Shown piece after piece: positions 17,806 through 28,752 of a stretch of 64,000 bases of DNA. The notes under the pieces are model-generated. The model did no database searches, was not told the origin of the DNA, and was given only the letters and a program-made list of their open reading frames with translations. Origin of the DNA: Bacteroidales bacterium (GTDB lineage: Bacteria; Bacteroidota; Bacteroidia; Bacteroidales; UBA932); the NCBI GenBank assembly GCA_015060225.1, contig SUYX01000010.1, positions 448 through 64,447 on the forward strand, written 5' to 3'. Position numbers and translations under genes: made by a program. The first letter of the stretch is position 1. The number at the start of each line of letters is the position of its first letter.

Positions 17806-18843
17806 TTGGAACCTCCCAGTAGCATTGCAGTAGAACTTCTGGTTCTCTCATTTTCGATATTTGGCCTGTTAATCTGTTCGGCCCTCATTTCTGGAAGCGA
17901 ATCAGCGTTCTTTTCGCTTACTCCGGGGCAGAGGGATGCGCTTAAACAAGAGGGGGATTCCAAAGGGGAAAAGGTGTTGGAACTCCTTTCCAACCCCGAT
18001 TATCTCTTGGGAATTATTCTTCAGGCGAACAATATTGTAAATATTCTCATTGTCCTCCTTTCAACAATGTTGATGGGGCATATCTTTAACTTTTCCAGTT
18101 ATCCTGTAATAGAATTTCTGGTAAATACCATCCTTGTAACCTTCCTGTTGCTTCTTTTTGGTGAGGTACTTCCAAAAATTGTGGCAACACATTTTCCTGT
18201 TCAGTTTGCCAAGATGATGTCGGGACCGCTTATGTTCCTGCACCCTTTGGCAAGGCCGTTCAATTCTCTCATGAAGAAACTTACCTCAACAATTTCAGAT
18301 AACCTTGAATCCAAAGGGGAGGTGACACTGGAGGAACTTTCTGAGGCGGTGGATATTGCAACACCTTCAACTAGCCAGGAGAAGAAAATACTCAAGGGGA
18401 TTGTCAAGCTCCCTACTACCAGTGTGGAGAAAATCATGAAACCGAGGGTGGATGTTGTTGCCATAGATATTGATTCAACCAATGAGGATGTCATAAAACT
18501 TGCCAATGAGTGCGGTTTCTCCCGCCTTCCAGTTTATCAGGAGGATTTGGATGATATAAAGGGATTCCTGTATATTAAGGATATGCTTCCATATCTGGTG
18601 GACAGGAGCGGGGAGTTCAACTGGAAAGACCACATAAGGGAGGCATATTATGTTCCCGAGAGCAAAAAAATAAATGACCTCCTTGAGGAGTTCCGTCAGA
18701 AGAAGATGCATCTCGCTGTTGTTGTAGATGAGTATGGCGGTACAGACGGTATTGTAACATTGGAGGATATTCTGGAGGAGATAGTGGGTGAGATTGTGGA
18801 CGAGAGCGATTTCCAGGAGCTGGAAGAATTGAACAGAAGATAA
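17806..18843 (+). CDS. CNNM/GldE-like membrane protein (DUF21 plus CBS pair) without the CorC_HlyC domain
   Basis: 345 aa. The start codon is TTG, and no in-frame ATG precedes the first TM helix. It has a DUF21 TM region (ISGSESAFFSL) and a CBS pair, and ends right after the CBS domains. Confidence 0.7.
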   Translation: MEPPSSIAVELLVLSFSIFGLLICSALISGSESAFFSLTPGQRDALKQEGDSKGEKVLELLSNPDYLLGIILQANNIVNILIVLLSTMLMGHIFNFSSYPVIEFLVNTILVTFLLLLFGEVLPKIVATHFPVQFAKMMSGPLMFLHPLARPFNSLMKKLTSTISDNLESKGEVTLEELSEAVDIATPSTSQEKKILKGIVKLPTTSVEKIMKPRVDVVAIDIDSTNEDVIKLANECGFSRLPVYQEDLDDIKGFLYIKDMLPYLVDRSGEFNWKDHIREAYYVPESKKINDLLEEFRQKKMHLAVVVDEYGGTDGIVTLEDILEEIVGEIVDESDFQELEELNRR

Positions 18844-18857
18844 TAAAGAAAAGATAT

Positions 18858-19493
18858 ATGGGACTGTATTTAAGAAAAGAACTTAAAAATGGTGCAGAGA
18901 TTTCCGTTTGGGAAGTCACGGAAACAGAGGAAGAGCTGTTGGATATAATATCCATTCCAAATGAAGAGCTTGAAGAGCTCTATTATACTAAAAGCGGTGC
19001 CAGACGCAGGGAAAAGCTTGCTGTAAGAGCACTTTTGAACACAATCTTTGAGGATAAGGTGTATCTTGGCCATCACGACAACGGAGCCCCTTTCATCCAG
19101 AACGACCTTACCCACATAAGCATCACACATACAAACAGATTTGTTGCAATCATCACACACCCTACAGAGGAGGTGGGCATTGATATCGAGAGCATAGAGA
19201 GGGATTTCAGCGCTGTAGAGAAGAAGGCCCTTTCTGAAGATGAGAAGGATGATCTTCAGGAGAAGAACCGCAATTTGCAGTTGGCAATCTACTGGTGTGC
19301 TAAAGAGGCCATCTATAAGAGGATGAGCCAGCACGGTGTAGATTTTGCAAAACAGATGGAGGTGGACAAGTTCAATCCAAAAGAGGAGGGAGACATTGAG
19401 GCCACTTTCATAAATAAGGATGGTTCTGAGGAGGAGTTCGAGCTGGAGTATGAGGTATTTGACAATCATGTAATGGTTTGGTTGGTAGGATAA
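18858..19493 (+). CDS. 4'-phosphopantetheinyl transferase (Sfp-type)
   Basis: 211 aa with GIDIESIER and WCAKEAIYK motifs. Confidence 0.75.
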   Translation: MGLYLRKELKNGAEISVWEVTETEEELLDIISIPNEELEELYYTKSGARRREKLAVRALLNTIFEDKVYLGHHDNGAPFIQNDLTHISITHTNRFVAIITHPTEEVGIDIESIERDFSAVEKKALSEDEKDDLQEKNRNLQLAIYWCAKEAIYKRMSQHGVDFAKQMEVDKFNPKEEGDIEATFINKDGSEEEFELEYEVFDNHVMVWLVG

Positions 19494-19495
19494 TT

Positions 19496-20992
19496 ATGAA
19501 AAGGATTTTTGCAATATTGCTTTTGTTGTGCGTTGTGCTACATGCCAATGCGCAAATCAATGAACTTCCGCGTTCAACTCCAGAGCAGCAGGGTGTACCT
19601 TCAAAAGCTCTTGTGGAGCTGTTTGATTCTTTGCACTTTATGCCTGGAACTGACATTCACAGCATGATAGTAATGAGGCATGGCAAAGTTGTCGGTGAAT
19701 TTTATCCGGCACCATTTGCCCCTGAGTACCAGCATACACAATATTCAAGTTCAAAAACTCTTGTTTCATTGGCTGTTGGAATCGCAATTGATGAGAACCG
19801 TCTCCGTCTTACTGACAGGGTTGCAACATTTTTCCCTGAGTATCTTCCCGACAGCATCTCGGCAAACCTTGCACAGATGACCCTGGAGGATCTCCTCACA
19901 ATGCAGTCGGGAATAAAACCCGATTGGGGAATGCGCAGCAAGGGGACAGAGTGGATAAGGACATTTTTGTCCAAAGATGTCAAGAATGTGCCGGGAGAGG
20001 TGTTTGCATACGATTCCATGGTTACATATATGATTTCTGCCATAGTGCAGAAAGTGACAGGAAAGACCGTATTGGAATATCTTAAGGAGAAGATGTTTGC
20101 CCCTATGAACATCAGCAAGGTAAACTGGGAGATAAGCCCTGAAGGGGTAAATACAGGAGGTTGGGGACTCCATATACAGAGCGAGTCTTTGGCTAAGGTG
20201 GGCCAGATGTGGCTTGATAATGGAGTATGGAACGGCAAACAACTTGTTTCAAAGGAGTGGATTGACCAGATGAGTTCAAAACATGCAAACGGGGGTGACT
20301 ACGGTTATGGATATCAGGTATGGATGTGCAAATATCCGGGTGCAGTAAGGGCAGACGGTGCCCTTGGCCAGTATGTGATTGTAGTTCCTGAGAAGGATGT
20401 TGTAATTGTCCTTACTGAGGCTTCATTTACAAACGGGAAACCACAGAGAGGACTTATATGGGACAAATTCCTTCCACAGCTGGCTGATAAACCGCTCGTT
20501 GCAGGAAAGGATTATGAGTTGTTGAAGAAGAAACAGGCATCATATCATCTTCCTTATGCAGAAGGTAAGGAGAAGGGCTCACTTTTGAAGAAAATTGAGG
20601 GGAAGAAGATTGTTGTCGGGAAGAACAGATATGGATGGAAAGAGGTGCAGTTTGCAAAAAATGGTAAGGAGATGCTTATGACAATTGTCAAGGATGACAA
20701 TACTTCATATACCCAGCACCTTGGTCACAGATGCTGGATTACAGATGAAATTGCCGGTTTCCCTCCATACTCAATCAACCCTATAGGTTGGGAGAAGGGG
20801 CTTGAAGGGCCTTTCTATTGCTCAGGCAGTTATGGCTGGGATAAGAACAGACTCAATGTTGAACTCCATTATGTGAATTGGGTAACATCCCTTCACATGA
20901 GTTGGGAAGTATCCGGCAATGAAATGATACTGAACATCTCAAACAACTATTTGAAGAATAAGGTAGAGACTATAAGGTGTACAATAGAGTAG
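19496..20992 (+). CDS. Secreted serine hydrolase of the beta-lactamase/transpeptidase-like family
   Basis: Signal peptide MKRIFAILLLLCVVLHANAQ and an SxxK motif (SSSKT). The ATG at 19496 is preferred to the TTG at 19478, which overlaps the upstream gene. Confidence 0.7.
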   Translation: MKRIFAILLLLCVVLHANAQINELPRSTPEQQGVPSKALVELFDSLHFMPGTDIHSMIVMRHGKVVGEFYPAPFAPEYQHTQYSSSKTLVSLAVGIAIDENRLRLTDRVATFFPEYLPDSISANLAQMTLEDLLTMQSGIKPDWGMRSKGTEWIRTFLSKDVKNVPGEVFAYDSMVTYMISAIVQKVTGKTVLEYLKEKMFAPMNISKVNWEISPEGVNTGGWGLHIQSESLAKVGQMWLDNGVWNGKQLVSKEWIDQMSSKHANGGDYGYGYQVWMCKYPGAVRADGALGQYVIVVPEKDVVIVLTEASFTNGKPQRGLIWDKFLPQLADKPLVAGKDYELLKKKQASYHLPYAEGKEKGSLLKKIEGKKIVVGKNRYGWKEVQFAKNGKEMLMTIVKDDNTSYTQHLGHRCWITDEIAGFPPYSINPIGWEKGLEGPFYCSGSYGWDKNRLNVELHYVNWVTSLHMSWEVSGNEMILNISNNYLKNKVETIRCTIE

Positions 20993-21009
20993 TTGCTTTA
21001 CTTAAGAAT

Positions 21010-21041
21010 AAAAAATGGAGACCCGAAGGCCTCCATTTTTT
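21010..21041 (-). terminator. groEL intrinsic terminator, also usable from the plus strand
   Basis: The minus strand reads AAAAAATGGAGGCC-TTCG-GGTCTCCATTTTTT: an 8-bp stem with one G-U pair, a UUCG tetraloop and a T-run. Confidence 0.72.
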
Positions 21042-21063
21042 ATTTGTAAAGCAGGGGTGCTTT

Positions 21064-22707
<1,644 letters not shown>

Positions 22708-22728
22708 TTAAAAATTAACAGTCAAAAA

Positions 22729-22998
22729 TTAGATAGTTGCCAAAATATCGCTCTGACGCATGATAATGTATGATTTGCCGTCTGCGTGAACCTCTGTACC
22801 TGCATATTTGCCATAAAGTACAGTATCACCAACTTTTACCTCCATTGGCTCATCCTTTTTGCCGGGGCCAACTGCCAGAACTTTACCCTCCTGTGGTTTC
22901 TCTTTTGCGTTGTCGGGAATAAACAATCCGCTTGCTGTTTTGGTCTCAGCCTCTTTAGGCTCTACCAATACTCTGTCTGCTAATGGTTTAATGTTCAT
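22729..22998 (-). CDS. groES: Co-chaperonin GroES
   Basis: 89 aa containing [14 protein letters not shown]...GKVLAVGPG. Confidence 0.96.
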   Translation of the reverse strand: MNIKPLADRVLVEPKEAETKTASGLFIPDNAKEKPQEGKVLAVGPGKKDEPMEVKVGDTVLYGKYAGTEVHADGKSYIIMRQSDILATI

Positions 22999-23146
22999 AG
23001 TAATTCTATTTTTTCAGTTTTTATCTCAAATTCCGTGTGCAGGTGGGAATATCCCGTCCTGTACGGGATGTGTGGACAAATTAAGTGCCAAAGGGAAATT
23101 CTGACAAAATGTCACGGCTTAGGGTGGATCGGTTATAGGGATAAAA

Positions 23147-24763
23147 TTACTTCAGCAGCTGCTGGATGTATTTGTCGAGGTTTGTACTCTTTTCGTCAAG
23201 GGAGAGTTTCTTCCTTATTCCGCTGTTTATGATGTAGTGGCGGCTCATTCTGGTATATTCTCCAACATTTTTTCCGTTGAGACCTATTGCGTAAAGGCAG
23301 CAGTATCCCAATTCCATCTCTGTAAGCCCCCTCTCCCTCAAATGGGAAATGAATGAGGGATGGCTGGTCTCAAAGGCGGCAACGGTTGAACCCATAAAGG
23401 ACTTCCTGTCTTTAATGTACTGTTCAATCTTTTGTTGGGCATTCCTGTCTATCTTGTCGTTTTCCGAGATATTTGCTGCCATAATGGTGTTGAGAAGCTC
23501 CAGACGTTCCTTTATTATATCCTTTACATTGGCATTTACTACCCAGCTGTTCTCCAGAATTTCTGCAAGGTCGGCCTTCTCCCTCTCCAGTTGCCCGCAT
23601 TGGGAACGGTACAATTTGGTTTCCATTTTTCCCATCCTGAGTCTGTATACGGCGTATGCAATTATTGAAAGGAGTGCAAATATCAGACACAGACCGTAAA
23701 TGGCCATCTTCCTTTTCTGCGATTGTTTTTCCATTGACTCAATCTGGAGTGCGTACCTTTCTTCTATGAATCTGGTGTCATTGGCCAAAAGTGCCATTTC
23801 TAAAGAGTCAGAGGCTTCTGTGTATCTTCTGTAGTATTTGAGTGCTTCATCCTTATTCCCGATAGCTTCGTGAACTCTTGATGCCAGGTTCCAGTATTCC
23901 AGAGGCTTATCCATAGAGTAGGTATCAAATTTCTTTATTGCCTCCAGAGCCTTCCCCATTTCTCCGGTTCCGAGCAGCACATTCCCAACCGAGAGCCAGT
24001 CGACATAACTTTCCGGAACACTTTCCAGATATTGTGGCATTATCTCCTGTATGTTCCTTTTGTTGCCATACTTTGCCGCATATTTAAGCTTCAGATTATA
24101 TATTGTGGAGATATGGGTGATATTTGTTGTCATGGCAATAGCTGTAAGGCTATCCAGTGCTCCCCTTGCCCCGTTGGAATCATCCAGCTCCATATATCCA
24201 TGAAAGATATTTGCAAGAGAATTGAAACAATGGTTATCCTCTTCTTCTTTGCTGAAAATCTCATGTGCAGCTCTCATTTCAGCAACAAATTTTTCCCATT
24301 CATAAAAAGATTTGTGAATGCAGCCCTTCTCATAAAGAATCTTCCCCCGGGTTATATTGTCCAAAGAGCCGGCCCCTTCCCTGAGCCCTTTTACAAGGCA
24401 CTCCATAGCCATTTCCGTGTCTCCTGCAGCAAGGTAGGCCTTGGCGCAATGGTAATAGGTTGTGAGTTTTTCTGTATCTGAACCTTTTTTTGAATAGTAT
24501 TCAAGGGCTGGAAACATTATGGAGAGGTCTGCAGGTTCCATATACATCTGTTCCATGGCTATGGCAAGCAGCAGGGAATGCTTTGCTCTCAAGCTTTGGG
24601 ATGAAAGTTCCCCACCATCCATTTCCTGAAGCATTACAATTGCTTCGTAAGGGCGTTCTGCAAGGAGGGACTCTGCCTTATCCAGGCGGTCCTTCGTATC
24701 CTTGCCGCCCGTACAACTGAAAAAAATGAGGGTTGCAAATGCAATTTTTAAGAGCAGTTTCAT
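23147..24763 (-). CDS. Membrane-spanning one-component regulator with a lipoprotein signal, periplasmic TPR-like region, one TM helix, a coiled coil and a LuxR/GerE-type HTH
   Basis: 538 aa with lipobox-like LIFFSC and TM segment MAIYGLCLIFALLSIIAYAVY. The C-terminus LTEMELGYCCLYAIGLNGKNVGEYTRMSRHYIINSGIRKKL parallels the LuxR HTH pattern. Confidence 0.5.
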   Translation of the reverse strand: MKLLLKIAFATLIFFSCTGGKDTKDRLDKAESLLAERPYEAIVMLQEMDGGELSSQSLRAKHSLLLAIAMEQMYMEPADLSIMFPALEYYSKKGSDTEKLTTYYHCAKAYLAAGDTEMAMECLVKGLREGAGSLDNITRGKILYEKGCIHKSFYEWEKFVAEMRAAHEIFSKEEEDNHCFNSLANIFHGYMELDDSNGARGALDSLTAIAMTTNITHISTIYNLKLKYAAKYGNKRNIQEIMPQYLESVPESYVDWLSVGNVLLGTGEMGKALEAIKKFDTYSMDKPLEYWNLASRVHEAIGNKDEALKYYRRYTEASDSLEMALLANDTRFIEERYALQIESMEKQSQKRKMAIYGLCLIFALLSIIAYAVYRLRMGKMETKLYRSQCGQLEREKADLAEILENSWVVNANVKDIIKERLELLNTIMAANISENDKIDRNAQQKIEQYIKDRKSFMGSTVAAFETSHPSFISHLRERGLTEMELGYCCLYAIGLNGKNVGEYTRMSRHYIINSGIRKKLSLDEKSTNLDKYIQQLLK

Positions 24764-24983
24764 CGTCCAAAAACACCTATTTGTCTATAAAGGTAACAAA
24801 CCGCAATATATCCTCCAAATAAAATCAGATGAAAACAAATAAAAAATTACTTGTTAAACTTTCCTTTTCCCGACAGATTAAAGATTTGTATAAAAGCCAG
24901 ATTTACAATATGATATATTGCTAAAACAATTTGGATGTTAAACACATGAATGCTTAACTTTACAAACACAAAATCCAGGACAA

Positions 24984-27569
24984 ATGAAAACGGCCGTTAA
25001 ACTGATAACCCTGCTTGTTTCCCTGGCTGCCGGCAGCCAGCACCTTTATGCGCAACAAGAAAAAAATGCCAAAGGGATGTTTGAGAACTTTTCAAAACTC
25101 CTCTCTCCGGAGAAAGTGTATCTGCATACAGACAAGGATGTATACCATGCAACTGATACAATATGGATAAGCGGGTATGTGGAGAACTCCTCTTATGCCG
25201 GAGAATTTGCAGAATCCAATTATATATATGTTGAGTTGATTGCAGATTATCCCAAAAAGGAAGTGGAAAGCTGGAACGGCGGCATCTCCAGGCAGTTGGA
25301 GGTGGTGGAGAGGAAGAAACTGCGCCGTTTTGGCAATACATTCAGCGGGTATATGGTTGTGCCGGAAATGAGCAGTACTTCAAAAGCTGTGCTGAGGGGA
25401 TATACATATTGGATGCTCAACTCCCCGGTTGAGTATATGTTCTACAAGCAACTGGAGATAACCAATCCTATGAAGGACAGATTCATTTCTGCACTTAAGG
25501 ATGCCAGAATCTCTTCTGAAGATACATATCTGCTGTTTGGCGCTGTGCCCGAGAAGAAGCAAACCAAGAAGATGTCTGCGGAGGCTGTACATGAAGATTA
25601 TGATGTACAGTTCCTTCCAGAGAGCGGTAATTATATTGTGGGCAGTGATGCCACCATATTTATAAAGGGTATCGGAGCCAACGGAAAAGGGAAGGCGCTT
25701 TCCGGTTCCATAGTTTCCCATAACGGAAAGCATCTGGCATCTTTTACCACAGATCCTCTGGGCTTTGGCAAGGTTTTAATAAAGAATCTTCCTGCTGGAA
25801 AAATGATGGCGTCAGTTGCTGATTCACACGGTATCGGGAAGAATTTCCAACTGCCCCCTCCATTGCAGGAAGGTGTGACAATCAATGGCCGGCTGGCAGT
25901 TTCAGGAGGGGGAAACAGCGGGGATAATGACAAGATTTCATTCAGAATATTTTCGTCGGGAAGGCTCCTTGCAAGGGGATTGTATGCAGTGCTGCAGAAT
26001 GGCTCCGAGGTATATTCACAGATGGAGATAAACAGTTCCCAATCATTGTTTTCCCTACCTCTGAAGGGGTTGGAGCCAGGGATCCATACAATAACTGTAG
26101 CTGATTCCAATGGAAATGTATATGCCCAACGCCCTTTTGCAGTATTGCCGTGCGGCAATGAGGTTATGGAAATAGATACAGAAAAGGACATTTACGGAAA
26201 AAGGGAAAAGGTTACGGTAAATGTTTCCATTCCGCGGAGTATGATTGACAGTTGCAGCAATTTCTCTGTGTCGGTGACTGATATGGGCCTTACAGATAAT
26301 GTGGAGAAGACAACCATTGAATCCTATATGCTCCTGAAAAGTGAACTGAACGGATATATTGAGAATATAGAGTGGTATTTTGACAGGAATGTCCCTTATG
26401 CTTCAAGAATGGCCAGGGCAGATATGCTCATGCAGACCCAGGGGTGGAGATATTATGAAATGGAGAATATCCTCAAGGGGGAGAACACTACCCCTGTATT
26501 CGGGAAAGAGTATGTTCAGACAATTGCAGGAAAGGTGATGGGGGTGTTCGGCATAAGCAAAAAGGCATTTGTTACCTTTTATGCCCCTTCGATAAATTTC
26601 TCTGCCATGGGGCAGCTGGATTCAGGCTATTTTGTCCTGAAAGATGTGGATTTTCCCGAGAAAACCAAATTCATTGTCTCTGCAACGGGGAAGAATGGAA
26701 AAAATATGAGCCATACCCCTATATTGCAGAAGGATTATTTTGCACCTATATACAGATATCCCATTCTTGATGGGAAGGTTACATATTCTGCCAGATACAG
26801 GGAGATTGTTGAAAAGAAGTATTACAATAGTGCAGATGGGGCGCATTCAATGGCATTTACCCTCGATCCGGTAGTGGTTACTTCACAGCTTATTACCCCT
26901 GCAAATTCTCCGTCGCCAATTCCTAACAGGCCTATTAAGAGGAGCAGTTACAGAGATGCCCAAGCAATGAAACCGTACATGAAAGGATATGATCTTGCTT
27001 CGTATGTCCTGGCATCATTTGCAGGTGTGAGGCGTAGTCAGATAGATGGTATGCTTTTAGGCAATACCGGTTTCAACAACTGGAAAATAGTGGAACTTTA
27101 CATTAACGGGACACATATTCATGCAAATGAAGTGTTGAACGGCAATCTGTTGCAGATGCCTCTTTATGAGGTAGAGTCACTCATCTATCTGAACGGCCTG
27201 GATGCATCCCCTTTCCAGCCTGTACATCTGCATCTGAGTCCGGTACCGTCACCTGTACTTATGATAAATACTGTTTCCGGAGGAAGAGGTAACAGGGCAA
27301 ATCCGAACACAGTTGCCTCGGCACCTATAGGGTGGCAGAAACCTGCCAGATTCTACTCTCCTAAATATGATTACATGGGGAGAGGTAAGGGGGAGGATAA
27401 CAGGATAACCCTATACTGGTCACCTTCCATAAAAGTTGACAAGAGCGGAAAGGCATCGTTCTCATTTTACACATCAGATTCCACTGCAGACTTCAGGATT
27501 GAAGTTGAGGGACGCTCTGCAGCTGGAAAATACCATGCTGCAGAGAAGATTGTTGTAATGAAAAAATAA
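24984..27569 (+). CDS. Large secreted protein with an MG2 (alpha-2-macroglobulin)-like N-terminal region and a TonB-receptor plug-like C-terminal region; function unknown
   Basis: 861 aa with signal peptide ...SQHLYAQQ. VYLHTDKDVYHATDTIWISGYV resembles the MG2 signature. FAGVRRSQIDGMLLGN...ELYINGTHI...VESLIYL resembles a plug domain, but no barrel follows it. Confidence 0.4.
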   Translation: MKTAVKLITLLVSLAAGSQHLYAQQEKNAKGMFENFSKLLSPEKVYLHTDKDVYHATDTIWISGYVENSSYAGEFAESNYIYVELIADYPKKEVESWNGGISRQLEVVERKKLRRFGNTFSGYMVVPEMSSTSKAVLRGYTYWMLNSPVEYMFYKQLEITNPMKDRFISALKDARISSEDTYLLFGAVPEKKQTKKMSAEAVHEDYDVQFLPESGNYIVGSDATIFIKGIGANGKGKALSGSIVSHNGKHLASFTTDPLGFGKVLIKNLPAGKMMASVADSHGIGKNFQLPPPLQEGVTINGRLAVSGGGNSGDNDKISFRIFSSGRLLARGLYAVLQNGSEVYSQMEINSSQSLFSLPLKGLEPGIHTITVADSNGNVYAQRPFAVLPCGNEVMEIDTEKDIYGKREKVTVNVSIPRSMIDSCSNFSVSVTDMGLTDNVEKTTIESYMLLKSELNGYIENIEWYFDRNVPYASRMARADMLMQTQGWRYYEMENILKGENTTPVFGKEYVQTIAGKVMGVFGISKKAFVTFYAPSINFSAMGQLDSGYFVLKDVDFPEKTKFIVSATGKNGKNMSHTPILQKDYFAPIYRYPILDGKVTYSARYREIVEKKYYNSADGAHSMAFTLDPVVVTSQLITPANSPSPIPNRPIKRSSYRDAQAMKPYMKGYDLASYVLASFAGVRRSQIDGMLLGNTGFNNWKIVELYINGTHIHANEVLNGNLLQMPLYEVESLIYLNGLDASPFQPVHLHLSPVPSPVLMINTVSGGRGNRANPNTVASAPIGWQKPARFYSPKYDYMGRGKGEDNRITLYWSPSIKVDKSGKASFSFYTSDSTADFRIEVEGRSAAGKYHAAEKIVVMKK

Positions 27570-27576
27570 AAAGGAG

Positions 27577-27584
27577 TATTTTTG
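27577..27584 (+). promoter_or_regulatory. -7 box TATTTTTG for tadA
   Basis: It matches TAnnTTTG, with a partial -33 (GTTG) 21 nt upstream. The ORF-track TTG start at 27582 lies inside this box. Confidence 0.4.
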
Positions 27585-27617
27585 CATTTTGGAGAGATTA
27601 AAGGAACAAACTGCAAA

Positions 27618-28067
27618 ATGGAAATTATGGATCTTTCTCCCGACGAAAAATATATGCGGGAGGCAATCAAGGAGGCACTCAAGGCCAAAGAAAAGGATGA
27701 GGTGCCTATAGGGGCTGTAATAGAGTGTGGAGGGCGGATAATTGCCAGAGCGCACAACCTTACCGAAACATTGAATGATGCTACAGCCCATGCTGAGATG
27801 CAGGCAATTACAATGGCAACATCTGCCATAGGAGGGAAGTATTTGGACAAATGTACTTTGTATGTGACTGTTGAACCATGTCCCATGTGTGCGGCAGCCC
27901 TTGCGTGGTCGCAGGTTAAGAGGGTGGTGTATGGCGCTTCAGATGAAAAAAGGGGGTATTCAAAATATCTCCCCTCCCTTATGCATCCCAAAACTGAGAT
28001 AACAGGCGGTATTATGGCCAATGAGTGCGGGAAAACAGTTACGGAATTCTTTAAAGGCAAGAGATAA
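27618..28067 (+). CDS. tadA: tRNA adenosine(34) deaminase
   Basis: CDA motifs HAEMQAI and PCPMCAAAL are present. The start is taken at ATG 27618, though 27627 is also possible. The stop overlaps the next start as TAATG. Confidence 0.87.
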   Translation: MEIMDLSPDEKYMREAIKEALKAKEKDEVPIGAVIECGGRIIARAHNLTETLNDATAHAEMQAITMATSAIGGKYLDKCTLYVTVEPCPMCAAALAWSQVKRVVYGASDEKRGYSKYLPSLMHPKTEITGGIMANECGKTVTEFFKGKR

Positions 28068-28534
28068 TGGAAGGATTGTTGGGCTTTGGACTTGCAGGTT
28101 TGTTTATAGGTTGTTTTCTGGCGGCGACAGTAATTCCATTCAGTGCAGAAATATTGCTCGTGGGAGCCTTGTTGGCGGGATGCAATCCTCTGGCAACATT
28201 TTGTGTGGCCACTTTGGGTAACAGTCTGGGTAGTCTCACCTCCTATGGTATGGGTTATCTGGGAAAGTGGGAATGGATAGAGAAGTGGTTCCATGTATCA
28301 CGTGAGAAACTGGAGAAGCAAAAGGGGAGAATAGACAAATACGGACCATTTATGGCAATGCTCTGCTGGCTGCCATTTATTGGTGATGTTTTTGCCATAG
28401 GTCTGGGATTCTACCGGATAAATTTTGTAAAGTGTCTTATTTTCATATTTATAGGCAAAGCACTCAGGTTTGGGGTATGGACACTCCTATATGTGGCCTA
28501 TGGAGAAGCATTTGTGGATTTCATAACAAGGTAA
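28067..28534 (+). CDS. YqaA-like (DedA/SNARE-associated superfamily) small membrane protein
   Basis: 155 aa with four predicted TM segments and the pattern PFSAEILLVG...GNSLGSLTSY. Confidence 0.55.
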   Translation: MEGLLGFGLAGLFIGCFLAATVIPFSAEILLVGALLAGCNPLATFCVATLGNSLGSLTSYGMGYLGKWEWIEKWFHVSREKLEKQKGRIDKYGPFMAMLCWLPFIGDVFAIGLGFYRINFVKCLIFIFIGKALRFGVWTLLYVAYGEAFVDFITR

Positions 28535-28559
28535 GGATAACCCGGACAAATCCCTTTTT

Positions 28560-28590
28560 TTTGGTTATAAGAATTTTTTCCTTAAATTTG
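28560..28590 (+). promoter_or_regulatory. tRNA-Gln promoter, TTTG-N19-TAAATTTG
   Basis: -33 TTTG at 28560-28563, a 19-nt spacer, and -7 TAAATTTG at 28583-28590. The tRNA 5' end is at 28600. Confidence 0.5.
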
Positions 28591-28599
28591 CAGTCTCAT

Positions 28600-28670
28600 T
28601 GAGATATGGTGTAATGGTAGCACTACAGATTTTGGTTCTGTCTGTCAAGGTTCGAATCCTTGTATCTCAA
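28600..28670 (+). tRNA. tRNA-Gln, anticodon UUG
   Basis: Manual cloverleaf: acceptor TGAGATA/TATCTCA, D-arm GTGT..GCAC, anticodon stem ACAGA/TCTGT with loop TTTTGGT (anticodon TTG), T-arm CAAGG-TTCGAAT-CCTTG, discriminator A. CCA is not encoded. Confidence 0.9.
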
Positions 28671-28673
28671 CAT

Positions 28674-28699
28674 AAAAGGGGCTTTTTGCCCCTTTTTTT
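28674..28699 (+). terminator. Intrinsic terminator after tRNA-Gln
   Basis: AAAAGGGGC-TTTTT-GCCCC followed by TTTTTTT. Confidence 0.75.
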
Positions 28700-28752
28700 G
28701 TATCTTGTTGGAGATAATTTATATCTTAGTTGTCCAAATATAGAGACAAATT

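Noticed and set aside
22999-23146. CIRCE (TTAGCACTC-N9-GAGTGCTAA) heat-shock operator upstream of groES
   Set aside because: There is no match to either CIRCE half-site. Only a short unrelated 7-bp hairpin is present.
27467-28294. 275-aa minus-strand ORF spanning the 3' end of the MG2-like gene, tadA and the start of the YqaA-like gene
   Set aside because: It crosses two well-supported plus-strand genes and an intergenic promoter. It shows no domain signature and is a shadow ORF.
28600-28752. tRNA-Gln as an integration hotspot for a genomic island
   Set aside because: There is no integrase, no direct repeat of the tRNA 3' end downstream that I could see, and the flanking genes are ordinary.
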